Assembly (NCBI GenBank): GCA_943787795.1
Contig: CALSNU010000005.1
Location: 128,001 to 192,000, forward strand
Direction: 5' to 3'
Source of the DNA: an uncultured bacterium
GTDB lineage: Bacteria; Planctomycetota; UBA1135; GCA-002686595
Length of the DNA: 64,000 nucleotides
Part shown: positions 29,772 through 39,766 of the stretch, piece after piece
Numbering within the stretch: position 1 is the stretch's first letter
Layout of the letters: each line of letters begins with the position of its first letter
Notes under the pieces: model-generated
What the model was told of the DNA's origin: nothing
Seen by the model: the letters and a program-made list of their open reading frames with translations, nothing else
The model's database searches: none
Translations under genes and position numbers: made by a program

Positions 29772-30803
29772 TCACTCGACTTCGACCTTGAAGGTCATCG
29801 CGATCGTCCCGGACATGGCCGCGGCGGCCTCGGCGCTGGTGCCCTGCATGTCGGCGGCGCCGTCCATCTCCATGGACATGTCACCCTCGATCTCGAGGGA
29901 GACGAGCTGGCCGAGCTCGAGGTCGAACATGCCCGTTCCCGTGAGCTCGAGGCCCATGAGCATGGAGGCCTCGACGCCCGGGGGGATCTCACCGGCCTCG
30001 GGCGAGACCTCGGCGGCGAGGGTCATGAGGTCGTCCATCTCGACGGCGGCGGTCATCACGTACTCGATGGTGGCCATGCCGTCCTCGACGCCGGTGACCT
30101 TGCCGACCGCCTCGATGCTCAGGGCTTCGTAGAAGCTCTCCATCACGACCTCCGCGGCGGCGGCCTCCTCATCACCGAGGTCATCCATGGCCTCGCCGAG
30201 GTCCTCTTCCATGAATTCAGCAGCGAGCTCCATCCACTCGCTGGCGAGCTCGAACTCCTCGCCGATCTCGACGGGCTCGTCCGGAAGCAGCCCGGCGGCC
30301 ATGGGCTCGAGGTCGAACATCGCGAGCTCCTCGTCGCTGAGGGCGCCGTCCGCGTCCTCGGTGACGTCCGAAATCTCAAGGTCGCCCTCCTCATCGAGGC
30401 GCACCTCGATGGTGCGGCCGGCGAGGTCGGAGTCGATGGACTCGTTCATGGTGTCCGACTCGCCCATGGCGTCATAGCTCGCCTCGAACTGGCCGTCCTG
30501 CTCGTCGAAGGTGATCCGCATGGCGGTGACCTCACCGTCCTTCACCTCGAGGATCTCCGTCGTCCTGGCCTCCTTCATCTCCGCCAGGACTTCGAACCCG
30601 ATCCCATCGCCCAGGACCTCGGCGCCGTCGACCATGACGGACAGCTCGTCGAGGGCCATATCGGCCTCGCTGGTGGTGCTCACCGTGAAAGTCTGGCCCT
30701 TCTTGAAGCGGAGGGAGAGGTCGACCTCGTCGACGGCGGGCTTGTTGCTGAGGGCCGCGAGGCTGATCAGGAGCGCGGCGCTGGAAGTGAGGGTGTAGTT
30801 CAT
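29772..30803 (-). CDS. Secreted highly acidic hypothetical protein (paralog A)
   Basis: Signal-like MNYTLTSSAALLISLAALS; strong GC3 codon bias; beta-rich, D/E-rich. Confidence 0.85.
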   Translation of the reverse strand: MNYTLTSSAALLISLAALSNKPAVDEVDLSLRFKKGQTFTVSTTSEADMALDELSVMVDGAEVLGDGIGFEVLAEMKEARTTEILEVKDGEVTAMRITFDEQDGQFEASYDAMGESDTMNESIDSDLAGRTIEVRLDEEGDLEISDVTEDADGALSDEELAMFDLEPMAAGLLPDEPVEIGEEFELASEWMELAAEFMEEDLGEAMDDLGDEEAAAAEVVMESFYEALSIEAVGKVTGVEDGMATIEYVMTAAVEMDDLMTLAAEVSPEAGEIPPGVEASMLMGLELTGTGMFDLELGQLVSLEIEGDMSMEMDGAADMQGTSAEAAAAMSGTIAMTFKVEVE

Positions 30804-30990
30804 CGGGGGGGGAATAGGAGAGGGTCGAAAGCGAGCGGTAGCTGTTTTGCTATTGGTTGCGTCAGGGCAGCCTGACCCGCCTCGGGAATCTGGCTGAAAC
30901 CTGAATACGGAGCACAAATGTAGCGCCGGCGGCGCAGCGGACGGGGGCGGATCCTGGGAACGTCCAGCCCCCCCGGGACCCCTTCGGGCT

Positions 30991-31077
30991 CTCCCCTGGG
31001 TCCCTCAACTCCCCTGGGTTCCTCAACTCGCTGGGGTCCCTCAACTCGGGGGCCCCTCAGCCGCGGAGGCCCCTCAG
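30991..31077. repeat. Degenerate tandem 16-18-bp repeat (CTCCCCTGGGTCCCTCAA-like), 5 copies
   Basis: Read directly; runs up to the stop codon of the DUF1501 gene. Confidence 0.8.
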
Positions 31078-32537
31078 GCGAGCCAGTCGTGCTGCACGTG
31101 GCCAAAGACGTCGGTCAGGCGCATGTCGCGTCCATCGAACCGGACAGACAGGCGCGTGTGATCGAGACCGAGGGCGTGCAGGAGCGTTGCGTGCAGGTCG
31201 TGCATCTCCACGGGCCGGTCCACCGCGAAGTAACCGAAGTCATCCGTGGCGCCGAAGCTATGGCCGCCCTTGAACCCGCCACCGGCGAGCCAGATGGTGA
31301 ATCCGTGCGGGTTGTGATCGCGGCCGCGGTTGTCGCCGTCGCCGCCCCCTTGGGCCATCGGGGTGCGACCGAACTCACCGGCGAAGAGCACCACGGTGGA
31401 CTCCAGAAGCCCGCGGCTCTGCAGATCCGCGAGCAGCGCGGCCACGGGCCGGTCCACGGCGCGGGCGTTGTCGGTGTGGCCCTTCTTCAGGTTGGAGTGC
31501 TGATCCCAGCGGTCGTGACCCGTGGCGACCATGGGGACCTGGACAAAGCGGACGCCGCGTTCGACCAGCCGGCGGGCGAGCATGCACTGGCGACCGAAGG
31601 TCGCCGTCGCCTTGAACTCGTCGTCGATCCCGTAGAGCTCCCGCGTGGCGGCGGACTCGGCGCTCAGGTCCGCGAGCTCGGGAACGGCGGACTGCATCCG
31701 GAAGGCGAGCTCGTAGTTGTCGAGGGCGGCCTCGATGGAGCCGTCGCGCTCACCGCCGCGCTGATCAAGGGCCTCCAGGAGCCTGCGGCGGTTGGCCTCG
31801 CGCTCGCTTCCGGAGTGGGGGCCACGGGCGTGGGCGACCGGCTCACCCTTGGACCGGAAGGTCGAGCCCTGATAGGAGGGGCTCAGGAACCCGCTGCCGT
31901 AGCACTCGATGCCGCCAGGCGGCGTCAGCCCGCCGTCGACGACCACATAGCCGGGGAGGTTCTTGGACTCGGAGCCGAGCCCGTAGGCGCACCAGGCGCC
32001 CACCGACGGCCGCCCGGCCGGGTTGTGCCCCGTGTGCAGCAGATAGTTCGCCGCGGTGTGCTCGGGGAACTTGTTGGTCATGGAGCGGACCACGCAGAGC
32101 TTGTCCGCCTGCTTTCGGAGCTCCGGGAACAGGTCGCTGATCATCAGCCCGCTCTCCCCGCCGGGCTTGAATTCCCAGTAGGAGGGGAGGACGGTGCCGA
32201 TGTTGTTGAACTGGGTCGGCGGCGTGTCGACCGGGATGGGCTTCCCCGCCCAGCGCTCGAGCTCCGGCTTGGGGTCGAACGTGTCCATCTGCGCCGGACC
32301 GCCGTCCATGTAGAGGAAGATCACGTTCTTCGCGCGCGCCGGGAAGTGGGGGGCGCGTGGCGTGAAGGGGCCGCCGCCGTCCAGTGCCCTCCGGGCGTCC
32401 AGGCCCACGCCCGCCGCGCTCGCGGTGGAGCCGAAGAGGGCGCCGGCCGCGAGCGCGCCGAAGCCGTTGGCGGTGCGGGTCAGGAGGGCGCGCCGGGAAA
32501 GGGGCGCGCTGCACGGAAGTCGGTCGTAGGCGCTCAT
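31074..32537 (-). CDS. DUF1501 domain protein with Tat signal
   Basis: SRRALL twin-arginine motif, AKNVIFLYMDGGPAQMDTFDPKP, ARRLVERGVRFV, WDQH, GEFGRTP, GRDHNP. Confidence 0.92.
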   Translation of the reverse strand: MSAYDRLPCSAPLSRRALLTRTANGFGALAAGALFGSTASAAGVGLDARRALDGGGPFTPRAPHFPARAKNVIFLYMDGGPAQMDTFDPKPELERWAGKPIPVDTPPTQFNNIGTVLPSYWEFKPGGESGLMISDLFPELRKQADKLCVVRSMTNKFPEHTAANYLLHTGHNPAGRPSVGAWCAYGLGSESKNLPGYVVVDGGLTPPGGIECYGSGFLSPSYQGSTFRSKGEPVAHARGPHSGSEREANRRRLLEALDQRGGERDGSIEAALDNYELAFRMQSAVPELADLSAESAATRELYGIDDEFKATATFGRQCMLARRLVERGVRFVQVPMVATGHDRWDQHSNLKKGHTDNARAVDRPVAALLADLQSRGLLESTVVLFAGEFGRTPMAQGGGDGDNRGRDHNPHGFTIWLAGGGFKGGHSFGATDDFGYFAVDRPVEMHDLHATLLHALGLDHTRLSVRFDGRDMRLTDVFGHVQHDWLA

Positions 32538-35500
32538 TCGAGGAAGAGGAACTCCTTCGTGTTGAACAGGGTGTGGGCGAGGTCCACCCACGGATCAAGG
32601 GCGCCTGACGGAGCGCCGGAGACGTACGCGGTGGCCTGCTCCAGCTCCTGGGGAGAGGGGCGCCGTGCCAGCGTCTGGAGCCAGAGCGCCTCGACGGCCG
32701 CCGCCGGTGCGCTCCGATCGACACCCTCGGCGAGGGCCACAGCGCGGGCCTCCACGAAGGGATCGTTCAGCATCGCCAGGGCCTGGGCCGGGACGTTGGC
32801 GGAGGTCCTGCGCCCGTGGCAGGTGGAGGGGGTCGGTTGGTCAAAGACCGTGAGCAGCGGATGGGGGAAGTTGCGCCGCACCTCGATGTAGATGGACCGG
32901 CGCCCGTCGCCGTCCTCGGGCCCGCTCCGGCCAGGACGGCCGCGGCCGCTCATGAACGGCGTCAGGTGGATCGGGACCGGGGCGCCGAGGGTCGCCCGAT
33001 CGAGCTCGCCGCTGGCGGCGAGGAGCGTGTCGCGGACCTCCTCGGCCTCCAGCCGCCGCACGGCCATGTGGCCGAGGAGCCGGTTACTCGGGTCGAGCTC
33101 GGCGGCCGACGCGGTCGGGCGGGTGCTGCGGCCGTAGGCGTCCGTGAGGACGAGGCGGCGCAGCAGGCGTTTGGTGGACCAGCCGTCGGCGTCAAACTCG
33201 AGGGCCAGGTGATCGAGGAGCTCGGGGTGGGTGGGCTTCGCTCCCATCGCGCCGAAGTCGTCGGTGGTCTCGACGATCCCCTTCCCGAAGAGCGCCTGCC
33301 AGGTTCGGTTCACCCAGACCCGCTGCACGATGGCGGACTCTGCGCCGAGGAGCGCCTCTGCGAAGGCGAGCCGGCCGCTCCCCTCGGCGTCCCGCGCGAG
33401 GGGGGCGTCATCGGAGCGCAGGGCGCTCGGCAGCCGTCGGGGAGCGGCCGCGAGCGGGGACTGCCAGCTCCCGCGGTCCAGGACCCGCTCATCCCGGCCC
33501 TCGAGCTCGAGGGCCGCCGGGGCGAGCCGAGACTGTAGGACGCGCCGGTGAAGGATGTAGGCGAGCGTGCCGCGCTCGGGCGCGAGGGCCGCGCGGACGC
33601 GCGCGCGCACCGAGGGGACCTCCGTGGCCATGAACTCTGCGAGGCCGTACAGGAAGCTGCGCTCCCCGTCAGAGAGCGCCCGGCCCTCCACCCCGCCCGT
33701 GCGGACGAGCTCCGCGGCGTCGCGGACGCGCTGGACCACGAAGCGAGCGCGGTCGGCGGGCGTGTCCCCCTCGAGCTCGTCGAGGGATCGGTCCTCCACC
33801 CAGTCCATGGGGAGCGGCGCGGGGAGAGCGCCGTCCCGGGCCACCTCCACCGTGGCCGCGATCTCGCAGGGCCCGCGCCCGGTGGCGGTCAGCTCCAGGT
33901 GGGCCGAGAGGCCCGCGCCCGAGGGCACGTCCTGGATCACCCAGCGCCACTCGCCTCCCGTGTCGAAGGCGCGGGTCGAGCCGCCGTGGAGCGGCCCCTG
34001 CACCAGCTTGTGGGAGGCGATCGGCATCAGCATCCGCCCCTCGCCGCGTACGAGGTGCGCGACCCGGCCGTGCTCCAGGTCGAACTCCGGGGAGACCAGG
34101 GTGCGGCCGGCCTGGACCCAGTTGAGCGACGACCCCCGCGAGGTCGAGGAGTCCACCACCTCCAGGTCTGCCCAGGTGGGGTGACCGACGGCGGCGGGGC
34201 GGGAGGTGATCCCGGCCACCTCGAGCGAGTCCTCACGGAGGTCGAGGAGCACGTCGCCCGCGCCGCGGGGGCCGGGGCCGAACCCGGGGCCGTTCGTGAT
34301 CCAGCTCGGGCCCGAGAGCGCGTCGTAACGGACGAGCTCCCTCACGCCGCGGGCGGCGATGGCGACCTCGCCGTCGATGCGATCCAGCCAGTCCATCCAC
34401 TGGCGGGCCCCGGCGTCGAAGCGCTCCGACCCCATGGCGTCGATCCAGCCGAGGAGTCGGTCGAGGTCCGCGCCATCCAGCGCGTCGCTGAACACGGCCA
34501 GGCGGGCCACGGGGAGGGCCACGTCGAGGACCTCGGGGCCCGGCTCGTCGCTCAGGACAAAGTGGTCGCCGCCGATCTGCCCCCAGCCGCCCTCGTGCTC
34601 GTCCACGAAGCGGATCCGTACCCGCCGCCCCTGGAAGGGCTCGAGATCGAAGCGGGCGGGGGTGAGGGTGTTGGTGCGGTCCGCGCTCGTGGCGATCAGC
34701 GCCTCTCCCGTCTCCGCGTCGATCAGCTCGACCCGGACCGTGGGCTCGTCCCCCCCGTTGACCAGGAAGTGGAGGTAGGACCGGATGACCGTGAAGGGCG
34801 CGCTGGTGAGGGTGCCTACGTAGGCGTCCGCGGAGCCGGGGGCGTCGGGGTGCCCCGCGTAGCTGTTGACGGCCCCTCGGCCACGGGGCTTGAAGGTCGG
34901 CTGGGACGAATGGATGTCATCGCGCCGGACCGGGTGTCCGATGAACGCCTCCCCCTCCCGGACCCAGGGGCCCAGGGAGCAGTCGTCGAGGCCCTCGCCC
35001 TCGAAGTCCTCGAGCACGATGCACGGGCGCAGCTCACCGCGGGCCTCGAAGGCGGCGTCCAGCGCCGCGGCGGCGGCGTCGGTGTAGGGCTCGGGGGGCG
35101 TCACGGTTCGGGCTGCTGCGAGCACCCCGGCGAGCCCCTCCGCCTCGGCCTCCAGCGCCTCCGCCACGGCGTCGCGCGCGGTGATCTGTTGACCGTCGAT
35201 CCAGGCGGCCAGCTCCCGCGCCACGTGCCGGTTGTGGTCATTGGACTCGTACCGGACCTGCCTGGGCGCGGTGGAGAGGGCGAAGCCCGCGAGGGCGTGG
35301 TAGTCCTCGGCGCTGATGGGGTCGAACTTGTGGTCGTGGCAGCGGGCGCAGGCGGCGCCGAGGGCCATGACGGACTTGGACAGCACCTCCACCTGGTTCG
35401 CGATGCGGTCGGTCTGATCCCCCCGCGGCTCCACGGGGGAGTGGACCTCCTCGCCGAGCTGCCAGGCGCCCGTGCCGAGGATCGACTCGTCCCAGAGTCC

Positions 35501-36406
35501 GGACGGGTCCATGCGCGGGGTCTCCACCAGGTCGCCGGCGATGAACTCGGTGATGAAGCGGTCGTAGGGGACGTCCGCGTTGAACGCGCGGATGACGTAG
35601 TCCCGGTATCGGTACGCGTTGGGGATGGGGTAGTCGAACTCGTGCGCCTTGGTCTCGGCGTAGCGGACCAGGTCGAGCCACCGTCGCGCCCAGCGCTCAC
35701 CAAACGCCGGGGACTCGAGGAGCCGATCCACGACGCGCTCCCGCGATGCTGGCGCGGGGTCGTTGAGGAACGCGTCGACCTCTTCCGGCGTGGGGGGCAG
35801 GCCCGTCAGGTCGAAGGTCACCCGGCGAAGCCAGGAGCGAGGCGAGCTGGGCGTAGAGGGCTGGACGCCACGCTCGGCGAGGGCCTCGAAGAGGAAGGCA
35901 TCCACCGGGTCCTCGTGGGACGCCAGGGTCGATGGCAAGGCCTCCACAGGCGGCTGGAAGCACCACGGCTGGGTCTCGCTCGCTTCGAAGTTCAGCGTCT
36001 GGGGGAGGTGGGCCCCCATCTCGATCCAGCGCTCGATGGCCTCGATCTCCTCGTCCGCGAGCTTCCCGTCCGGTGGCATCGCGGTGAAGGGATCCTCGTA
36101 GCGGACCGCCTCGACCATCAGGCTCGCCTCGAGGTCCCCAGGGACGAAGATCGGCTCACCCGCAGCGCCCGCGCGGAGGCCTGCGATGCTGTCCATCCGG
36201 AGGTCCCCCTTGGGCTTCTCCCCGGAGTGACAGTCGACGCAGCGCTCGGCCAGGATCGGGCGGACGCGCGCCTCGAAGTACTCCGCTGCCGCCGTCTCGT
36301 CAGGGGGCCGCTGGGCGAGGTCCTCCTGCGCGGGAGCCCCCGAGGGCTGGGGCGGTCGCGTCGGAGCCGCTGTCAGCGCGGCGAGGAGGAGAGGGCCGAG
36401 GATCAT
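32534..36406 (-). CDS. Planctomycete cytochrome c + DUF1549 + DUF1553 protein
   Basis: Signal peptide, CVDCH and CARCH heme motifs, LRRVTFDLTGLPP, GERWARRWLDLVRYAE, RVWVNR..FGKGIV, RRLEAE..RD, NVPAQALAMLN. Confidence 0.93.
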   Translation of the reverse strand: MILGPLLLAALTAAPTRPPQPSGAPAQEDLAQRPPDETAAAEYFEARVRPILAERCVDCHSGEKPKGDLRMDSIAGLRAGAAGEPIFVPGDLEASLMVEAVRYEDPFTAMPPDGKLADEEIEAIERWIEMGAHLPQTLNFEASETQPWCFQPPVEALPSTLASHEDPVDAFLFEALAERGVQPSTPSSPRSWLRRVTFDLTGLPPTPEEVDAFLNDPAPASRERVVDRLLESPAFGERWARRWLDLVRYAETKAHEFDYPIPNAYRYRDYVIRAFNADVPYDRFITEFIAGDLVETPRMDPSGLWDESILGTGAWQLGEEVHSPVEPRGDQTDRIANQVEVLSKSVMALGAACARCHDHKFDPISAEDYHALAGFALSTAPRQVRYESNDHNRHVARELAAWIDGQQITARDAVAEALEAEAEGLAGVLAAARTVTPPEPYTDAAAAALDAAFEARGELRPCIVLEDFEGEGLDDCSLGPWVREGEAFIGHPVRRDDIHSSQPTFKPRGRGAVNSYAGHPDAPGSADAYVGTLTSAPFTVIRSYLHFLVNGGDEPTVRVELIDAETGEALIATSADRTNTLTPARFDLEPFQGRRVRIRFVDEHEGGWGQIGGDHFVLSDEPGPEVLDVALPVARLAVFSDALDGADLDRLLGWIDAMGSERFDAGARQWMDWLDRIDGEVAIAARGVRELVRYDALSGPSWITNGPGFGPGPRGAGDVLLDLREDSLEVAGITSRPAAVGHPTWADLEVVDSSTSRGSSLNWVQAGRTLVSPEFDLEHGRVAHLVRGEGRMLMPIASHKLVQGPLHGGSTRAFDTGGEWRWVIQDVPSGAGLSAHLELTATGRGPCEIAATVEVARDGALPAPLPMDWVEDRSLDELEGDTPADRARFVVQRVRDAAELVRTGGVEGRALSDGERSFLYGLAEFMATEVPSVRARVRAALAPERGTLAYILHRRVLQSRLAPAALELEGRDERVLDRGSWQSPLAAAPRRLPSALRSDDAPLARDAEGSGRLAFAEALLGAESAIVQRVWVNRTWQALFGKGIVETTDDFGAMGAKPTHPELLDHLALEFDADGWSTKRLLRRLVLTDAYGRSTRPTASAAELDPSNRLLGHMAVRRLEAEEVRDTLLAASGELDRATLGAPVPIHLTPFMSGRGRPGRSGPEDGDGRRSIYIEVRRNFPHPLLTVFDQPTPSTCHGRRTSANVPAQALAMLNDPFVEARAVALAEGVDRSAPAAAVEALWLQTLARRPSPQELEQATAYVSGAPSGALDPWVDLAHTLFNTKEFLFLE

Positions 36407-36421
36407 CGAGCCCCTAACGTA

Positions 36422-37618
36422 CTACGCCAGGACGGATTCGAAGCGTCCCACTGTGCACTGTGCGGCGAGCTCCGTTGGCTGACCGAGGATGGCGCTGGCG
36501 GCCGCGCGCCCCAGTCCCAGGGAGAGGGTCATCCCATGTCCCCCCAGACCGCAGCACCAGTGGAGGCCCCCGAGCCTTGGATCGGGGCCGAGAATCGGTC
36601 GATCGTCGGGGGAGAGGTCCCTGAAGCCGCTCCAGCCCCGCTCGAGGGGAAGGGCAGCGCCCGGGCGGCGGACCCAACCGGCCACCGCCTCCGTGGCCAT
36701 GCGCTCGATCTCCGGGTCCACGGGGTACAGGGGGGCCTGGGTCGAGGCCTCGAGCACGTCGCAGATGGAGATACCCCAGCGCGAGCCCTCACGGCGAATA
36801 TAGAAGGCCGCGTCGTCGTCCCAGACCACCGGGGCGGTGTTGCCCCGGCCGGAGTCGGAGTCGGAGTCGGAGCCCGAGTCGGAGCTGGAGTCGGGGGCGG
36901 AGCCAGGGTCAGGCGAGGTCATGAACATATGGCGCCGGGTGGTCCGGAGCGGCAGGTCGACACCGAGACCCCGTGCCATCGGACCGCTCCACGCCCCCGC
37001 GGCGACGACGACGTCCTCCGCGTCGAGGAGTCGGCCGTCGTGGAGCCGGACGCCCCTGACGGCTCCCCGCTCGCTCACCACCTCCGCGTCTCCCGCGTTC
37101 CGCAGGAGGGTCACCCCGGCCCGCTGGGCGCTGCTGACCAGGGAGGCCACCAGTCGTTCGCCTCGGATCCTCCCGCCGCGCTCGAACCAGTAGGCTCGGC
37201 CCTCGAGCCGAAGGGCGTCCTCCGCCTCTCGGAGGTCTGGCGCCAGTCGGCGCAGGGAGGCGGCATCGGGGCGCGTCACGATCCCGCGGCGCTCGAGGTC
37301 CGCGGTCCAGCTCGGCGCGCCCGAGTTGAGCACCAGCAGGCCGGTCCGATCCACCAGGCTCTCCGCGTCAAGCCCCGCCGCGACGGGATCCTCGAAGAGC
37401 CGATCGGTCTCCAGCGCGAGCGCGCGGGTGATCGGGTCGTTCACGGCCACGCGCAGGATCTCCGCGCTGCGACCCGTGGAGTGGACGTCGTGTCGGCGCT
37501 CCCGTTCCACGAGGGTCACCTCGACCTCGCCGGCTTGGCCCTGGGAGCGGGCCAGGGAATGGGCGGTCGAGAGCCCTGCGATGCCGCCACCGAGGACGAT
37601 GATCCGTCGACGGCTCAC
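36422..37618 (-). CDS. FAD-dependent oxidoreductase (D-amino acid oxidase/DadA family)
   Basis: GGGIAGLS, STGRSA, VVAAGAWS, WSGFRDLSPDDRPILG, GLGGHGM. Confidence 0.9.
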   Translation of the reverse strand: MSRRRIIVLGGGIAGLSTAHSLARSQGQAGEVEVTLVERERRHDVHSTGRSAEILRVAVNDPITRALALETDRLFEDPVAAGLDAESLVDRTGLLVLNSGAPSWTADLERRGIVTRPDAASLRRLAPDLREAEDALRLEGRAYWFERGGRIRGERLVASLVSSAQRAGVTLLRNAGDAEVVSERGAVRGVRLHDGRLLDAEDVVVAAGAWSGPMARGLGVDLPLRTTRRHMFMTSPDPGSAPDSSSDSGSDSDSDSGRGNTAPVVWDDDAAFYIRREGSRWGISICDVLEASTQAPLYPVDPEIERMATEAVAGWVRRPGAALPLERGWSGFRDLSPDDRPILGPDPRLGGLHWCCGLGGHGMTLSLGLGRAAASAILGQPTELAAQCTVGRFESVLA

Positions 37619-38229
37619 GGCCGGGCCTCCGCTCCGTCATCCTCGAGGCCGTGGGACCTCAGGTCCAGGACCCGTAGCATCGCCGTGAGGACGAGAGAGT
37701 GGTCCACGGCACCGTCGAGGATGGCCGCCCGCATCTCCTCGAGCGACATGGTCCCCACGTGGATGTCCTCGCCGGGATCCTGAAGCTGCTCCCCGGAGCG
37801 GCGGCAGCCCTCGGCCAGGAAGTGGTGGCAGCGGTTGTTGAGGAAGGCGGGGTTGGGGGCGACGGCGCCCAGGGACCTCCATCGCTCGGCCACGAAGCCG
37901 GTCTCCTCGCGGAGCTCGCGCTTGGCGGCCACCAGGGGCTGCTCGCCCGGGTCGATCATGCCGCCGGGGATCTCGATGGTGGGCGCGCCGACGCCGAAGC
38001 GGTGCTGCTTCACGACGATCACGTCCCGCTCGGCGGTGAGCCCGACGACGTTGACCCAGTCTGGAGCGTCGACGACCACGCGCTCCATACGCTGGCCAGT
38101 CCTCGGATTCTCGAGCTCTTCGAAGGTGGTGGTGAAGATCCGGTATTCGGTCCCCGCCCGGACACCGTGGCGCGGCCACGGCCTGGGGTCGGGGATCGAC
38201 CGCGCTCCGGGTCGCTCGCTCTCAGCCAT
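37615..38229 (-). CDS. NUDIX hydrolase (ADP-ribose pyrophosphatase-like)
   Basis: Nudix box GMIDPGEQPLVAAKRELREETG. Confidence 0.92.
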   Translation of the reverse strand: MAESERPGARSIPDPRPWPRHGVRAGTEYRIFTTTFEELENPRTGQRMERVVVDAPDWVNVVGLTAERDVIVVKQHRFGVGAPTIEIPGGMIDPGEQPLVAAKRELREETGFVAERWRSLGAVAPNPAFLNNRCHHFLAEGCRRSGEQLQDPGEDIHVGTMSLEEMRAAILDGAVDHSLVLTAMLRVLDLRSHGLEDDGAEARP

Positions 38230-38357
38230 GGGAGCACGGTAGTCCGAGCTCGGGCGGAATGCACCGCTTGCTCGGCTGGGAACCTCATCAGATCTCTCGA
38301 CGGATCTCGAGGATGGGGGCGGGGTGGGCCGCGATCGGGTCCTATTCTCACCGCCCC

Positions 38358-39314
38358 ATGGGAAGCCGCGTCAGCTCCAGAGGCGCGCAGCCCATCTCCA
38401 CAGCACCTGCGGCGGACCACTCGGTGCGCGCGGGGCTCCTGGCCCTCACGGCCGTCCAGCTCTGCTTCGGGCTGTTTCCCGTCTTCGGCGCCCTCGCGAT
38501 GGACCCGGCCACGGGCTTCTCACCCTTCGCCGTGGCAACCTGGCGCATCGCGGTCGGAGCGATCGTCCTGATGCTCCTTGCGGCGCTGCTCTACCGGCGC
38601 CGTGCGCTCCCGGCCCTGCGGGACATGCCGACCCTGTTGGGCTTCGCGGTGCTCGGGATCGTGCTCAATCAGGGGCTCTTCCTGGAGGGCTTGCAGCGAT
38701 CGACGCCCATGAACGCAGGGCTCGTGATCTGTCTGATCCCGGTGTTCACTTACACGGTGGCGGTCGTTCTCGGCAAGGAGGTGCTGCGGGGGCTGCGCGT
38801 GCTCGGCGTCGTCGTGGCGCTCCTCGGCGCCGTCCCGCTCTTCCTCTCGAGCGGGGGAGACCTCTCCTCCGAACACGCCTTCGGGAACCTGCTGATGGCC
38901 GGGAACGCCCTCTGCTACGCGATCTATCTGGTGCTCTCCAAGCCCCTCCTGCGCCGCATGCCGCCGCTGGTGCTGGTGGCCTGGATCTACGTCCTCTCGG
39001 TCCCGTTCCTGCCGCTCTTCTTCGTGGGCGAGTCCCTGGCACCTGAAGACGCGTCGAGGGGGGCGTGGCTGTCCCTCGCCTACGTCCTGGTCTTCCCGAC
39101 GATCCTCGCGTATGCGCTGAACTCGTACGCGCTCGCGCGAGTCGAGGCCTCGACCACCGCCTTCTTCGTCTTCGCGCAGCCCATCATCACCGCCCTGGCC
39201 GCGGCGGTGCTGCTGGCCGAGCGACCGACCCCCGAGCTGGGCTTCGCGGCCCTCGGCCTGTTCACCGGGATGGCGCTCGTGGTCAAGCGCCCTGCGCCAC
39301 GGCCCGCGGCGTAG
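38358..39314 (+). CDS. DMT/EamA family transporter
   Basis: About ten TM helices in two EamA repeats (NQGLFLEGL..T, PVFT..AVVLGKE; QPII..A..LLAE). Start approximate. Confidence 0.88.
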   Translation: MGSRVSSRGAQPISTAPAADHSVRAGLLALTAVQLCFGLFPVFGALAMDPATGFSPFAVATWRIAVGAIVLMLLAALLYRRRALPALRDMPTLLGFAVLGIVLNQGLFLEGLQRSTPMNAGLVICLIPVFTYTVAVVLGKEVLRGLRVLGVVVALLGAVPLFLSSGGDLSSEHAFGNLLMAGNALCYAIYLVLSKPLLRRMPPLVLVAWIYVLSVPFLPLFFVGESLAPEDASRGAWLSLAYVLVFPTILAYALNSYALARVEASTTAFFVFAQPIITALAAAVLLAERPTPELGFAALGLFTGMALVVKRPAPRPAA

Positions 39315-39324
39315 ACTCGGTCCC

Positions 39325-39744
39325 ATGGAAGCCCCCGAGATCCCCGAGTTCCCGCAGTTCGTCCACGAGACCGTCACCCGCTGGTCCGACGACGACAGCC
39401 AGGGCGTGCTGAACAACGCCGTCTACCTGACGCTGTTCGAGGAGGCGCGCCACGGCTTCAGCCGCGCCGCCGAGGTCCTCATCGACGGGGCCTTCCCCTT
39501 CCTCCTGGCCCAGACCAACGTTCGCTTCGTGGCGCCCGGCCGCGGTGGAGAGAGCGTGCGCGTTGAGCTCTCAACGGTCCACGTGGGCACCCGCTCCTTC
39601 CGCCAGGCCTACCGCGTCCGCTCGGCCGAGGGTGAGATCTGGGCCGAGGGCGAGGCCGCGCTGGTGTGCTACGACCCGGACACCATGGAGTCGGCGGAGA
39701 TCCCGGCGGACCTCCGCGACGCCCTCGAGGCCATGAAGGGCTAA
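39325..39744 (+). CDS. Acyl-CoA thioesterase (4HBT/YbgC hot-dog family)
   Basis: RWSDDDSQGVLNNAVYLTLFEEAR motif. Confidence 0.88.
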   Translation: MEAPEIPEFPQFVHETVTRWSDDDSQGVLNNAVYLTLFEEARHGFSRAAEVLIDGAFPFLLAQTNVRFVAPGRGGESVRVELSTVHVGTRSFRQAYRVRSAEGEIWAEGEAALVCYDPDTMESAEIPADLRDALEAMKG

Positions 39745-39766
39745 GGGGCGTCCCGGGCGACGGGGC

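Noticed and set aside
33548..37783. Very long antisense or alternate-frame ORFs (e.g. 33548..37783 +, 43619..47215 +, 24791..28117 -, 797..2962 -)
   Set aside because: Shadow ORFs of real genes, typical of high-GC DNA; no family motifs.
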